A stretch of DNA of 64,000 bases from Candidatus Thorarchaeota archaeon (GCA_003345545.1 PRDH01000017.1:11923-75922); one strand, 5' to 3'. Positions 28,208-39,151 are shown, counted from the first letter of the stretch. Notes: generated by a model from the sequence alone, not told the origin. Translations and numbers: made by a program.

Positions 28208-28651
28208 TCATATGACCCTTTCATGTGGGCTACGCGGCGATTTCTCTCCCAGGCCCGAAACATGAATGTCTTTCCATTTTCCCTGCATTTTCAGGTATTC
28301 TGCTTTCTCAGCTGCATCATGCAGTTCTTCTACTATTGCGAAACATTCGCCATTTGATTTCCATATAGGATAGATGTATTCGTAAAGCATTCGACCCTTG
28401 AAGTTGACCCACCCCTCATAGTGGTCCATGACTCTGTTTCTGAGGTCTGAGATCATCTTAGCAACAGGAACCTCAGACACCTTGCCATGGCATCGCATTA
28501 TGGAAGACCCAATCCTACTCTCTGGTTCCTGCTGAAGCATTTCTCCAGCAAGTCTGTTGAAGAGGATTATGCGGTTGTCATTGTCAACGACGACAACTCC
28601 AATACTCAAATTACTTGTCACATTCTTCAAGACATCGAGTGAATCTTTCAC
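28208..28651 (-). CDS. Stand-alone PAS domain protein
   Basis: GVVVVDNDNRIILFN...IGSSIMRCH PAS pattern. Confidence 0.75.
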   Translation of the reverse strand: MKDSLDVLKNVTSNLSIGVVVVDNDNRIILFNRLAGEMLQQEPESRIGSSIMRCHGKVSEVPVAKMISDLRNRVMDHYEGWVNFKGRMLYEYIYPIWKSNGECFAIVEELHDAAEKAEYLKMQGKWKDIHVSGLGEKSPRSPHERVI

Positions 28652-28817
28652 AGCGCTATCGCCTATAGCTTGGCTGTAGTGCCATTAGATAACATTACTG
28701 GTGCATCAGCATGGCGCTTCGGTAAATTCAAATGACTAGCCGCATACCTCAAGGGCAGTTAGGAGGTTCAATGCGATCAGCGCGCCACCCAATTCATCTG
28801 TCGAATTTGATAAGAAC

Positions 28818-30386
28818 ATGTATCTTGATATCCTCCGAGAGGACCCACCCCTAAAGCGGTTCGTTTCTCGAGGTGACATGAGAGATGATATCGATATTCC
28901 AAATCCTCACAAGAGCGCGGATCGCGCGATTCTAAAAGTCGTAAGGTTCACCATGAAGGATTCTACCCCGCGCTTCCAGCCTATATTGGGCAACGCTGGA
29001 ATTGGAAAGACGCACCTGTACTGGGCTCTGAAGGATCAGGAGGATTACTTCTCGGCTGGCAGATTCCTTGCTGTGTATGTTCCTTCACCCCCTTCGCCCG
29101 TTCGAGTTCCGCTTCATCTGCATGCCTGCATTGTCGATGAGGCTGGTGACCGGCTCTTTGAACAGGCTATTGATATGCTGATAATGAAGTTTGGAGGAGT
29201 GAAGGGTGTATCTCATGATATGTATGACTATACCTACGCCTTCGAGAGATTATTGATCGACTATCCTGGCATCTCTGCAGACGTTGTCAAAGCTCTTCTG
29301 AGGTATCGCCTCGATCCTGCAACCCGAGATTTGGCCAGACGATGGTTGCTTGGAGACGCAATGAGCGACGATGACCTTGAGCATCTTGGAGTCCGCACCA
29401 TTCTAGAGGAGGATGATGTTACTCTGGCAACGATCAAGCTCTTGGCAGAGGGCTCAGATGTACCTCTCCTTCTCTTTGTGGATGAGATGGAAGGACCTTA
29501 CAACACCTATGGAGAAGTAGGTGAGCGTCACTTCCTAGAGGTTCTGAAAAGAATCTACAACGAATCAAAGAACATTGTACTCGTGGCTTCTTGCCTGACA
29601 GACGTATGGCAACGGATCTATAGTACTGCAGATGGACCGATGAGGTCTCGAATGGAGCCACCTGTGGAACTAGCGCCTTTCTCCCGCGATGATGTATCAG
29701 CTTTTGTCAAGGAAACTATGGCCCGATATTGGAAACTGCAGAATGTGGAGGCCCCTCCATCAGCGCTATTACCATTCGATGAGAGTGACATAGATGAAGC
29801 GTTCCAACGCTCCAATGGAATTCCAAGAGAGGTAATCAAACAGCTCATTCCGAAATTGGATGCGCTGTTGTCCAGTAAGCCGACAGAGGAAGTTGCCGCG
29901 CAAGATGATCACGTAATCAAGCTCACAGCGAATGTCTTAACGAACTCGATAGTCGAAGCCCTCACTCTTGCTGGAGCACCTCTTGGAATTGGTGTCCATC
30001 TTCAGACGACGTCAGACGATAGCCAGAAACAGAGGGCCGCAATTGTTGAGTTGTCCAAGGGAGAATCAATTCGGCATATCGGGATTGATCTTCCAAATGC
30101 AAAAGATTGGGATCGCAGCGGCGGAGTCACTGCCTTCTACGCAGGAAAACGACTCAAGATCATTCTGGATGATAGCACAGTGAAGCGTGCTATCATTGCA
30201 GTACCTGCCGCAACCAAGGGCGCCAAGTTCAATTCTCTCGTTGGAGAGATTAGTTCCAAGTTGCTTGTCCTTCGCATGGATAATGAGACTGCGATATCAC
30301 TGGTTCAGGATACTAGCAACAGCAAACTACCTCATGGGTATGCCGAGGTTTTCACAAGCTTTGTGGACGCTCTATTTGAGGAATGA
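28818..30386 (+). CDS. P-loop/AAA+ ATPase (BrxD/DUF2791-like) with C-terminal alpha/beta domain
   Basis: Walker A GNAGIGKT, Walker B LLLFVDEME, RRWLLGD, MRSRM and SNGIPRE. Confidence 0.7.
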   Translation: MYLDILREDPPLKRFVSRGDMRDDIDIPNPHKSADRAILKVVRFTMKDSTPRFQPILGNAGIGKTHLYWALKDQEDYFSAGRFLAVYVPSPPSPVRVPLHLHACIVDEAGDRLFEQAIDMLIMKFGGVKGVSHDMYDYTYAFERLLIDYPGISADVVKALLRYRLDPATRDLARRWLLGDAMSDDDLEHLGVRTILEEDDVTLATIKLLAEGSDVPLLLFVDEMEGPYNTYGEVGERHFLEVLKRIYNESKNIVLVASCLTDVWQRIYSTADGPMRSRMEPPVELAPFSRDDVSAFVKETMARYWKLQNVEAPPSALLPFDESDIDEAFQRSNGIPREVIKQLIPKLDALLSSKPTEEVAAQDDHVIKLTANVLTNSIVEALTLAGAPLGIGVHLQTTSDDSQKQRAAIVELSKGESIRHIGIDLPNAKDWDRSGGVTAFYAGKRLKIILDDSTVKRAIIAVPAATKGAKFNSLVGEISSKLLVLRMDNETAISLVQDTSNSKLPHGYAEVFTSFVDALFEE

Positions 30387-30492
30387 ACCTCCCCAGCGAT
30401 CTGCTTCGGAACGGGTGAATTCCCAAAGTAGTCGGCATTGGAATAGCATCTGCAATCTGTGTCAAGAAGACGCAAGGATAGGTACTAGTTAA

Positions 30493-31059
30493 CTAGAGTT
30501 GTGCGACTGGTTCTTGAGAGGGTGGTTTCTTCTCTTCTTTCTTGTTCTTGGAGAGAAACTCCGGTAGAATCAGCAATGCGGCAAAGACTACAATCACTAT
30601 AGCGATGCCGTATGGCTCATGAAGGAACAGCGTCACATAGCCTAGATACGGGATTGCCAGAATCACTACGCCAACTATATCCTCGTAGAGACGATAGCCC
30701 GGATCCCTGATAGAATTGTTGTCACCCTGAGTATAGTAGTGATACTCACTTCCAACAAGCTGCCTTTCAACGACTCTGTGTACGATTGGCTTGTTATGCC
30801 AATCTGCATTGTAGACGACGATATCTCCTACGTCGATAGCTTCTGGAGATTGTGCCTGAAGAATTAGCAAATCGCCCCTGTTTAGAGTTGGAATCATCGA
30901 TTCACTTTCGACGACAACAAGGGGACTTGATGTTCCCATGATTAGAGCGAAAGCACCATAGGCGCCTAGAGTGGCACCGACGACTATCAGAATTACGAAT
31001 GCGGTCTTTACAAGTTCCGACCGTTCATTCCATTTCAGGGCTTGACGTGCTCTCTCCAT
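30493..31059 (-). CDS. sec11: Signal peptidase I, archaeal Sec11 type
   Basis: VVESESMIPTL.RGD (Ser), IVHRV (His) and TQGDNN. Confidence 0.9.
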   Translation of the reverse strand: MERARQALKWNERSELVKTAFVILIVVGATLGAYGAFALIMGTSSPLVVVESESMIPTLNRGDLLILQAQSPEAIDVGDIVVYNADWHNKPIVHRVVERQLVGSEYHYYTQGDNNSIRDPGYRLYEDIVGVVILAIPYLGYVTLFLHEPYGIAIVIVVFAALLILPEFLSKNKKEEKKPPSQEPVAQL

Positions 31060-31118
31060 GATGCGAACTCCGCATTCAGCCTTTTAGCTGTTCTAATAAA
31101 ACTGACGAACAAGGCGTT

Positions 31119-31598
31119 TTAATGCATCCATTTTCTTGACGCAGAATTGATGATGCTCAGAACATCAACTGCTTCAGCTCGCATGTCCGGTTCCCAGTTT
31201 CGAACATCCTCTACCTTCTTTACACCTTTTGATTTTGCCAAGAACTCCTTGATTATTCGAAGTCTATTCTCCTCTGCCTTAGCTGCACGCATCGCATCTG
31301 CCCCAGATGGGTATCCACCAGTTGGTATGTCACTCGTGGAAATGACGTACCAAGTGTTCTCTGCCACCTTGGTCACTACTATTTCGGGAGGACAGGGTTT
31401 GATGTCTTCTTCAAAGAGAATGGAGTCTCCTATACTAACGTCTTCTCCAGGCTTCCTTCTTCCGCCATTGGACGTAACAAGAGTTTCACTGAACTCGAAC
31501 AAAACCTTCGCAGCGGCTTTTCTGATGATGTCCAGGGAAGCTTGAACAATTATTCCTTCACTTGTATCGAGTTTCCTGTTATCAGATTGTCCTTTCAT
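31119..31598 (-). CDS. Hypothetical protein
   Basis: ATG 31598 avoids overlap with the ggt ORF; no recognised motif. Confidence 0.6.
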   Translation of the reverse strand: MKGQSDNRKLDTSEGIIVQASLDIIRKAAAKVLFEFSETLVTSNGGRRKPGEDVSIGDSILFEEDIKPCPPEIVVTKVAENTWYVISTSDIPTGGYPSGADAMRAAKAEENRLRIIKEFLAKSKGVKKVEDVRNWEPDMRAEAVDVLSIINSASRKWMH

Positions 31599-31774
31599 AA
31601 GGTGCACCACGTTTTCACAACATGCCTTGGGTTTAACCTTTTGGCTTGTTATTCGGGGACTCTCGAAGCAGCAGACCTCATCTCTTAAAAGACGAGTCTG
31701 GGCAGGTTTCTGTGATTCCACATGGCGGGATGAAAGCCCGGAAGGCTCAAGAACCCCCTCAGGAGGATCGAAAC

Positions 31775-33361
31775 TTGTATTCGCGGAAGCCCGCAGGTAG
31801 GTCAGATGTCCTTGCTAGACAGGGAGTCGTCGCATCCTCACAACCCCTCGCGACGCAGGCAGGTCTTGAGATTATACGGAGGGGTGGAAATGCCATCGAT
31901 GCGGCAGTGACCACAGCTGCAGTTCTGGATGTTGTAGAACCTTTTAGTACTGGTTGCGGAGGCGATGCCTTCGCACTGATTCACCTTCCTGGAAGAAATC
32001 GACCGATCAGTATCAACGGCTCAGGGAGATCTGGTTCACTCGTTAGGCTAGATGACCTGCTAGAAAAGGCATGGACGTCAATGCCGCTGAGGAGTGGTGC
32101 CCCAGTCACCGTTCCAGGTGCAATGCATTTGTGGTTTCACTTGGTAGAAACCTATGGAGCCCTCGAGATGAGTGACGTGCTAGCTCCCGCAATTCAATAT
32201 GCACGTGATGGCTTTCCGGTTTCGTCTCTGATTGCCCAAACGTGGTCGAAGCTGGTAGACGTACTTATCAATGATGATGCCAGAAAGACCTACACCATCG
32301 ATGGTCGGGCTCCCAGACTGGGCGAGACGATGCGGAATCCTGACCTTGCACGAACATTCGAGATGGTGGCTGCTGAGGGGTTGCAGTCATTCTATTCGGG
32401 GAAGATTGCAGACGCCATTGTTACCACAGTTCAGGAACATGGTGGATTTCTCACTCTTGAAGACCTTCAATCACACACGACCCAAGAAACCTCTCCTGTT
32501 TCCACGAGTTACCGCGGAATGGATATCTTTGAGCATCCTCCAAATGGCCAAGGATTTGCCGCGCTCGTCATGCTCAACCTCATGGAGCAGTTTGATTTCT
32601 CAGAATGCGCCTCTCTCTCTGCACAGCGATATCATCTCATGATAGAAGCGAAGAAGCTTGCCTATGCAGACCTACACCAACACAATGCAGACCCTTCCTT
32701 CTATAGTGTGCCCATGGACGAGCTGCTTTCCAAGGAATACGCGCGTGAACGATCGAAGCTTATCGACAAGACAGCTTCAATGACCGAGTATACATCGGGA
32801 ATTCCTGTAGGTGGAGATACAGTGTATTTTGCAGCTGCGGATGGAGAGGGAAGAGCGGTATCATTCATCAACAGCCTGTACATGGGCTTTGGCAGTGGCC
32901 TAGTCGTTCCTGGCACCGGAATCAAACTTCAGAACAGAGGCAATCTATTCTCATTGGATCCGGGACACCCAAACTGCTATGCACCTAAGAAACTTCCATT
33001 CCATACTATCATTCCTGGGGCACTCTACCGCGATGGTGATCTTGCCGGCGTATTCGGTATAATGGGTGGCGCACATCAAGCTCAGGCACATGCCCAGTTC
33101 GTGGGCAATCTCGTTGACTATGAGATGAAGCCACAGGCCGCCCTCGATCATCCCCGTTTCAACCATAGCCAAGAGAGAAACCTCGTGGCTCTGGAGAATG
33201 CAATTCCCCCTAGTGCAAGAAGCGAGCTTCGTCGTCTTGGCCATGTCATAGTACGTGAAGCAGCATCAGTTTTTGGTGGTGGTCAGGCTATTCTTCGGAT
33301 TGAGGACTCCTGGATTGCCGGCTCCGACCACAGAAAGGACGGACAAGCTGCTGGATTCTAG
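31775..33361 (+). CDS. ggt: Gamma-glutamyltransferase
   Basis: GGNAIDAA, GCGGDAF, GDTVY (catalytic Thr), PFHTIIP and GSDHRKDG; GGAGG RBS before TTG 31775. Confidence 0.9.
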   Translation: MYSRKPAGRSDVLARQGVVASSQPLATQAGLEIIRRGGNAIDAAVTTAAVLDVVEPFSTGCGGDAFALIHLPGRNRPISINGSGRSGSLVRLDDLLEKAWTSMPLRSGAPVTVPGAMHLWFHLVETYGALEMSDVLAPAIQYARDGFPVSSLIAQTWSKLVDVLINDDARKTYTIDGRAPRLGETMRNPDLARTFEMVAAEGLQSFYSGKIADAIVTTVQEHGGFLTLEDLQSHTTQETSPVSTSYRGMDIFEHPPNGQGFAALVMLNLMEQFDFSECASLSAQRYHLMIEAKKLAYADLHQHNADPSFYSVPMDELLSKEYARERSKLIDKTASMTEYTSGIPVGGDTVYFAAADGEGRAVSFINSLYMGFGSGLVVPGTGIKLQNRGNLFSLDPGHPNCYAPKKLPFHTIIPGALYRDGDLAGVFGIMGGAHQAQAHAQFVGNLVDYEMKPQAALDHPRFNHSQERNLVALENAIPPSARSELRRLGHVIVREAASVFGGGQAILRIEDSWIAGSDHRKDGQAAGF

Positions 33362-33404
33362 AATCCCTACCAAGAAATTAATCAACTCAGCGCGTATTAC
33401 ACTG

Positions 33405-34874
33405 ATGTCTGCTTTGGTGATGGAATTGAGTGGAGAAGAAGGTGAATTCCGGGAAGAAAGAGACCTACTTGGGACGAGACGGATCCCAAGAAGCGCATAT
33501 TGGGGAATCCAGACTCTCCGTGCCCAAGAAAACTTTGGTGTATCACAGGTCGGCCTCTACAAATATCCCACCCTTGTTGTAGCGATGGCGATGGTGAAGA
33601 AGGCATGCGCACTGGCGAATCTTGACCTTGGACATCTCAGTCCTGACTACGCGGAAGCTATCGTGAATGCTTGTGACGAGATCATTGGGGGAGGCCTCCT
33701 CGACCAATTCATTGTCGATATGCTTCAGGGCGGCGCTGGTACCTCCACGAATATGTGCGTGAATGAGGTGATTGCCTCGCGAGCTAATGAGATGCTTGGA
33801 GAGCAACGCAACTCAATGACACCCATATCATCCCATGATCACGTCAATCTCTCTCAGTCTACGAACGATGTCTATCCAACAGCTATTAAGATTGCGACGA
33901 TTTACGGATTGAGAGAACTGTCAGCGGGTCTCACTAGACTGATTGACGCTTTGGATGAGAAGTCTACCGAGTTCAAAGATATACTGAAGCTCGGTCGGAC
34001 TGAGATGCAGGATGCAGTCCCTATTACTCTAGGGCAGGAATTCTCGGCGTGGTCTAGTGCTCTGAAGAGGGACCTCCAGCGAATCACTGCCGCCAAGGAA
34101 GTCTTGAAGACTCACAACATTGGTGCAACAGCAATTGGCACATCGTTGAACGCAGATCCGGAATACATCGAACTTGCTGAGAAGCACCTTATCGAAGTGA
34201 CTGGTATTCAGGAGCTCACGACAGCTGAGAATCTCATTGACGACACTCAAAATTCTGATGAGTTTGTCCATGCATCAGGACTGCTTCGAGTCCTTGCGAC
34301 CAATCTCGGTAAGATCTGCGGCGATCTCATCTTGTTGTCCTCTGGGCCAGTTGGCGGATTTCACGAGGTCATACTTCCACCAGTCCAGCCAGGTTCATCT
34401 ATCATGCCTGGAAAAGTGAATCCAGTTATTCCTGAAATGGTCACACAAGTGGCATTTCAGGTCATGGGGCACGATCTTGTTATCACCATAGCGTCACAGG
34501 CGGGTCAGTTGGAGCTGAATGCATTCGAACCGGTCATAGCCTATAATTTCTTTCAGGCATTGAAAGTCCTGAAGAATGCAATTCCGATTCTTACAGAAAA
34601 ATGCATTAAAGGCATCAAACCCAACCCCGCAGGTCTGGATATTGTTCATCGCAGTATCGGTCTGGTCACAGCCCTCAATCCAATCTTGGGGTACGAGGCA
34701 TCAACGCGTATAGCAAAGAAGGCACTAGACACAGGTCGTCCTATTCGCGAGATTGTCCTACAGGAGGGGCTCCTGGATGAGAAGTGGTTGGACCTCATAC
34801 TCTCGCCCAAACGTATGACACAAGCAGGAAACGTTGGTCATAGGCATTCCAAAAAGACCGACGATAGCTCATGA
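33405..34874 (+). CDS. aspA: Aspartate ammonia-lyase
   Basis: GGAGTSTNM, SQSTND, GRTEMQDA, GSSIMPGKVNP and GQLELNAFEP. Confidence 0.9.
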   Translation: MSALVMELSGEEGEFREERDLLGTRRIPRSAYWGIQTLRAQENFGVSQVGLYKYPTLVVAMAMVKKACALANLDLGHLSPDYAEAIVNACDEIIGGGLLDQFIVDMLQGGAGTSTNMCVNEVIASRANEMLGEQRNSMTPISSHDHVNLSQSTNDVYPTAIKIATIYGLRELSAGLTRLIDALDEKSTEFKDILKLGRTEMQDAVPITLGQEFSAWSSALKRDLQRITAAKEVLKTHNIGATAIGTSLNADPEYIELAEKHLIEVTGIQELTTAENLIDDTQNSDEFVHASGLLRVLATNLGKICGDLILLSSGPVGGFHEVILPPVQPGSSIMPGKVNPVIPEMVTQVAFQVMGHDLVITIASQAGQLELNAFEPVIAYNFFQALKVLKNAIPILTEKCIKGIKPNPAGLDIVHRSIGLVTALNPILGYEASTRIAKKALDTGRPIREIVLQEGLLDEKWLDLILSPKRMTQAGNVGHRHSKKTDDSS

Positions 34875-34879
34875 GAGAT

Positions 34880-36490
34880 TTAGGTGTTCTTGATGACATC
34901 GTACGCGATGTTATCGGCATGGTCACCCACTCTCTCAAGATTTCGCAGGGTTTCCACAAATATCTGGTCGGCCTGAGGATCGCATATTCCCTCTCGCATA
35001 CGTGTAATATGAGATTCCTTGAGCCTTCGCTCCAGATTGTCCACTCTGTCCTCAAGTCTCTCCGCCTTGGCTGCTAATTCCTTGTCCTTAGTCTTGAGCG
35101 ACTCAATGGCGGTCCAATAGGTCTCCTCAGCGAGGTCGAACATCTGCTTTAGGTCACTGACTCCCTGATCTGAGAATGTCACACCGCTATTCAGTTTGTA
35201 AATGACGAACTCTCCGATATTCAATGTCAAGTCCCCGACACGCTCGACATCTGTGAGGATGGCCAGCAGCTTGACTCTCCAGATGATTTCCTCCTGATTG
35301 AGCTCTTCCTCTCTGATTCTGTCTATGAAATCTTCTGTGGACCGACAGGCTTCATCGACCTCATCTTCAAGTAGCATGACCTTTTTTGCATCTTCGAGGC
35401 TTCTATTGAGGAGAGCATTCTTGCTGAGAAGTATCATTTCAATTGTCTTCTCGGCTGTCCTAATCGTTTCACGTTCTGCCTCCATCAAGGCCAAGACGGG
35501 ATAGTGCAGCATCTCATCATCGAAGAAGTGCTTTCCAATCACTTCTCCTTCCTTGTCTGGAATCAGTTTCTCGCAGAGCTTAACAAGAGGCCCGACCAGA
35601 GGAACAAAAAGGAAGCTCACAATGACATTGAATATCGTATGTGCGTTAGCTATTTGATGAGTGAGTTCAGGCGATGTAGCCATGACTAGGTTTGTATAAT
35701 ACCCCAGGAATGGCAAGAATATGGCCACTCCCGTGACGTTAATGAGCGCCTGAGCCACTGCTGTTCGTTTTGCCGGGCTCGTAGCTCCTACTCCCGCAAA
35801 CAGTTCTAGAAAACACGTTCCAATGTTGGCACCCAAGACAATCGCAATTCCAGGACCTAGATCTATCGCACCCACCGCTCCCATCGCGATGACAAGACTG
35901 ACTGCTGCAGCGCTAGCCTGTGTGATTCCTGCGATGAGCGCACCGATCAGAATTCCGAGTATCGGTATTGCTGCGTATTCATTGATGAGGTTTCTGAAGA
36001 ACGGATATTCTGTTGTGAGTGGATATGCTCCATCCTTCATGAACTCCATTGATAAGAACAGGAGACCGAGACTGAAGATGACGGTCCCAACTAGCTTTAC
36101 TTTTTCCCTCTTTGAAAGCAGCTTCATGAAGAAACCTGAAGCTATGAGAGGCCAAAACATGCCACCGATACTGAATGAAACGAGCTGAGCGACCGCAGTT
36201 GTTCCTATTTCTGCTCCCAGTATCATATTGACTGACTGTCTAAATGTCATTATACCTGCATTAACAAAACCAATCAATGTTAAAACCGTAATACTAGAAC
36301 TCTGAGTCATGACAGTCGCAGCCGCACCTGCAGCCATGCCTCGAAGTGGATCATTACTCACTTTTTCTAGAACTTTGGCAACAGCCTTTCCAGAGATTTT
36401 ACCAAGGGTTTCTCTGAGAAGATTGATACTGAACATGAATAGAGCTAGACCGCCGACAATCTCGAATACTATGAACCAAATCTCTGCCAT
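34880..36490 (-). CDS. Na+/Pi cotransporter family protein with C-terminal PhoU domains
   Basis: QSSS repeat, GANIGT, IANAHTIFN and two ERVGD PhoU repeats. Confidence 0.9.
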   Translation of the reverse strand: MAEIWFIVFEIVGGLALFMFSINLLRETLGKISGKAVAKVLEKVSNDPLRGMAAGAAATVMTQSSSITVLTLIGFVNAGIMTFRQSVNMILGAEIGTTAVAQLVSFSIGGMFWPLIASGFFMKLLSKREKVKLVGTVIFSLGLLFLSMEFMKDGAYPLTTEYPFFRNLINEYAAIPILGILIGALIAGITQASAAAVSLVIAMGAVGAIDLGPGIAIVLGANIGTCFLELFAGVGATSPAKRTAVAQALINVTGVAIFLPFLGYYTNLVMATSPELTHQIANAHTIFNVIVSFLFVPLVGPLVKLCEKLIPDKEGEVIGKHFFDDEMLHYPVLALMEAERETIRTAEKTIEMILLSKNALLNRSLEDAKKVMLLEDEVDEACRSTEDFIDRIREEELNQEEIIWRVKLLAILTDVERVGDLTLNIGEFVIYKLNSGVTFSDQGVSDLKQMFDLAEETYWTAIESLKTKDKELAAKAERLEDRVDNLERRLKESHITRMREGICDPQADQIFVETLRNLERVGDHADNIAYDVIKNT

Positions 36491-36764
36491 TTCTAACGGG
36501 TGCCGCTCACGGTAAAGGCTGCATATGAGTTTTCTGGGTCGCCCAATTCCCCATCATAGAAGTAGAAACACCTAATGATACCAGTGGAGAGCGCGTGACT
36601 CGCTGGCTGTGGTCCTTTTGAGCGATGCAGTGGCATCCTCGAGAATCTACCTTCATTTCACTCAGAGCACTCTACCCATCACTCGATTGAGTATTTCGGA
36701 TTCCGAGTAGCAGAGCTTGGATCTAATCCTATCAACAACTGCATGGACTAAAGCTTATCACTAG

Positions 36765-37646
36765 GTGTATCATCTTAATGGCTGGGTGAATCAAGTGTCT
36801 AAGGAAGATGCACGAGAAGTTGGGCCAGTATACAGAGTGCTCTCACAAGATCTCTACAAGACTGGATTTCATGGTGAGGAGATAGGCTATCGACAGGATG
36901 AGATGTGGCGCTCCAAGAGTCGCCAATTCTCCAAAGACGCAGATATCGTTGGCAAGATTGAGGAAAGTCGTCGTACTAGTGAAAAGGAAAAACTCCCTCC
37001 TTTGAAGAAGACCGGATTCTTCGTTCTCAGGCAGTCTATGTGGAGTCAAATTGATGAGCAGGACCGCAGGCTCGTTGTGAAGTTGTTCTCAAATAGTGGC
37101 GGCTGGATTGCCTCGCTGGAAGAGATGATTGCCGAGGAGTATGCATCGAGCTTTGCATCTGACCGGCCTCTTGTTGCATTCACTGTATTGACAAAGGAAA
37201 ACGAGTTTGTTACCTGGGTCAAACAACTTCGCCGGGGCGGTCTCTCAACCGAGAACTTCGTTTTCTATATCCTTGGACCGGACAATACGTTCGATACGTA
37301 CAGGATTGAGGGTTCACGTGGCACCCTCGGTGATGACTTCAAGACCATTCGTTTGAAGGGAAATCAGACTGTCGCTGAGATTGACAGTAAATTCGGCGAT
37401 TTCGGTGGCGAATTCAGCGTCAAGATAAAGGACCCCGTGTTAGCAGAAAATGAATGGTTCTGCCGCATACTTCAGTGCTTCTCTATCATGATTGCCTACC
37501 GCGGAGATATCCATGGAAAAATCGACAAGGGATTTCATCTATGGCAGGGCGGCAAGAAATTTCCTTCTCAAGATAGAAATGAGGTGAGTCTTCTGGCCAA
37601 TCCAAGAAAGCTCACTCTGAAGACAGATGAGCTTGAAGAGGTCTGA
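36765..37646 (+). CDS. Hypothetical protein with possible LURP-one/tubby-C/scramblase-like beta barrel
   Basis: YRIEG..GDDFKTI..VAEIDSKF..FGGEFSVKI followed by a hydrophobic helix. Confidence 0.55.
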   Translation: MYHLNGWVNQVSKEDAREVGPVYRVLSQDLYKTGFHGEEIGYRQDEMWRSKSRQFSKDADIVGKIEESRRTSEKEKLPPLKKTGFFVLRQSMWSQIDEQDRRLVVKLFSNSGGWIASLEEMIAEEYASSFASDRPLVAFTVLTKENEFVTWVKQLRRGGLSTENFVFYILGPDNTFDTYRIEGSRGTLGDDFKTIRLKGNQTVAEIDSKFGDFGGEFSVKIKDPVLAENEWFCRILQCFSIMIAYRGDIHGKIDKGFHLWQGGKKFPSQDRNEVSLLANPRKLTLKTDELEEV

Positions 37647-37814
37647 TTCCCCGATTCAACCATAGTAGCGGAGTCATTATATCATTCGCGATTCTCATAG
37701 GAAAGGTGCAGGCCGGGACTAAGAGGAGGGAGTTGGAATGTGCTTGAAATCGCGGGCACGTGCAGCGAAACCAAGAGTAGCTGAAGGGTACTGGCTCTTC
37801 TCTCTATCATCTCA

Positions 37815-38831
37815 CTATCTCTGATGGTCTGTCTTCTCCGGCCCAAGTCGCTTCAGCACACGGAGAGCTCGCAATGTAATCCATTTGCTAGGCATTCCCT
37901 CTTCCTCGATCTTTATCCATGCTCTCTTTGTTTCTGAGAAGTCCATCAGCCACCTACCATTTGACTGCATCTTCTCTCTGATTATCACCACGGCTCTATC
38001 CATTCTGGAGTCTCGTACTCCAAAAGAAGTGAGTATGTCAACGGCTTCCAAAGCATCGGCGCGCCAGTACCTGGGGAACGCAAACTTCAACCATGCCTTC
38101 TTTATGGCTGGTTGACCTTCTCGGTTCACCCTATAGTAGCATACCTCGTTGTCTAGGCACGTCTGGACCTCACTATCAATTATTGACCGTATCTTCTTTG
38201 AGCGTCTTTTGGGTGGGATTGCAGAAAACGCGCCAAGTGCCTTCATAGTCCCCATATAGCAATTCAAGGGGGTGACCTTCGAGGGATCTCCAGAATACGT
38301 TGAGCAGTGCCAGCCGCCCTCATTGCAGTGGGCGTCTTCGAAGAATTCTATAGCGTGCTGGATAGCAGGACTCTTCAGATGACCAAGTAACGCGCCAGCC
38401 CGAAGTACGGCTGCGGTGATACACCACATCCATGTAGATGATGTTTCTTGACTGCGAGGATTCCTAACAGGTCTGTAGGCGATTCTTCCAGAAGGTAGCT
38501 GATAGTGACTGTGCAGGTGGTCGAGTGCTCTCTCTGTAGCCACAGAGGAGTCTGCACCCAGTTCAGCAAGGAGAAGCAATGAGAATACAGTTCCCTTCTC
38601 CTCCCAGGTATCTCCTCTGGGTCCTCTCCAGCTGCCATCAGCCAATTGATGCCCGAGAATCTCCTTCAGGAGAGCGCTTCCTTGCACGGAACTGTGTGCT
38701 TCTATTACGTCAGGATGAGTACTCGGTAGAGCATTGATGTCAGTGAGTGTTCTGTATCTCACCGACGGGTCTGAACGTTGGAGTAACCATTCAATTGATG
38801 AACTATGAGTTCTGAGAAACTGATCATACAA
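37815..38831 (-). CDS. Prenyltransferase/squalene-cyclase-repeat (alpha/alpha barrel) protein
   Basis: QxxDGxW-type repeats (QLADGSW, QLPSG, CNEGGW, QSNGRW); PSVRY; SKWITLRAL; TTG 38831 preferred start. Confidence 0.75.
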   Translation of the reverse strand: MYDQFLRTHSSSIEWLLQRSDPSVRYRTLTDINALPSTHPDVIEAHSSVQGSALLKEILGHQLADGSWRGPRGDTWEEKGTVFSLLLLAELGADSSVATERALDHLHSHYQLPSGRIAYRPVRNPRSQETSSTWMWCITAAVLRAGALLGHLKSPAIQHAIEFFEDAHCNEGGWHCSTYSGDPSKVTPLNCYMGTMKALGAFSAIPPKRRSKKIRSIIDSEVQTCLDNEVCYYRVNREGQPAIKKAWLKFAFPRYWRADALEAVDILTSFGVRDSRMDRAVVIIREKMQSNGRWLMDFSETKRAWIKIEEEGMPSKWITLRALRVLKRLGPEKTDHQR

Positions 38832-39151
38832 CTTGAATTCTGAATGGGGGTATCTCTTCCGATTGTGATAAAGTCTATGCAATTGCAGATTCGAGAGGGC
38901 AAGTGGCCGTATGATGGCTGAGCCATGTATTCTAGTAACTGCATGGTAACAAGATGGTGTAGTGTGGTCAGGGACAGTAGGACTTAATGTGGTAGGAGGG
39001 GGGGAGTTATGTAATGAGGGCATGTTACGAAAAATCAAGCCCTACTGATACACTGACCACATAGGCACTTGCGATTCTCCGCCTATTAAGGCTGCTGAAT
39101 CACGAATCTGGAATTTGAGTCAGCTGCATGCAATTCATACCACTTCGTGGT

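Noticed and set aside
28760-28817. GGAGGT RBS followed by an out-of-frame ATG upstream of the ATPase (possible frameshift or non-canonical start)
   Set aside because: Cannot be distinguished from chance or a simple alternative start without homologue alignment.
38832-39038. Pro/His-rich N-terminal extension of the 407-aa ORF
   Set aside because: Low-complexity translation of G-rich intergenic DNA; homology-like sequence begins near TTG 38831.
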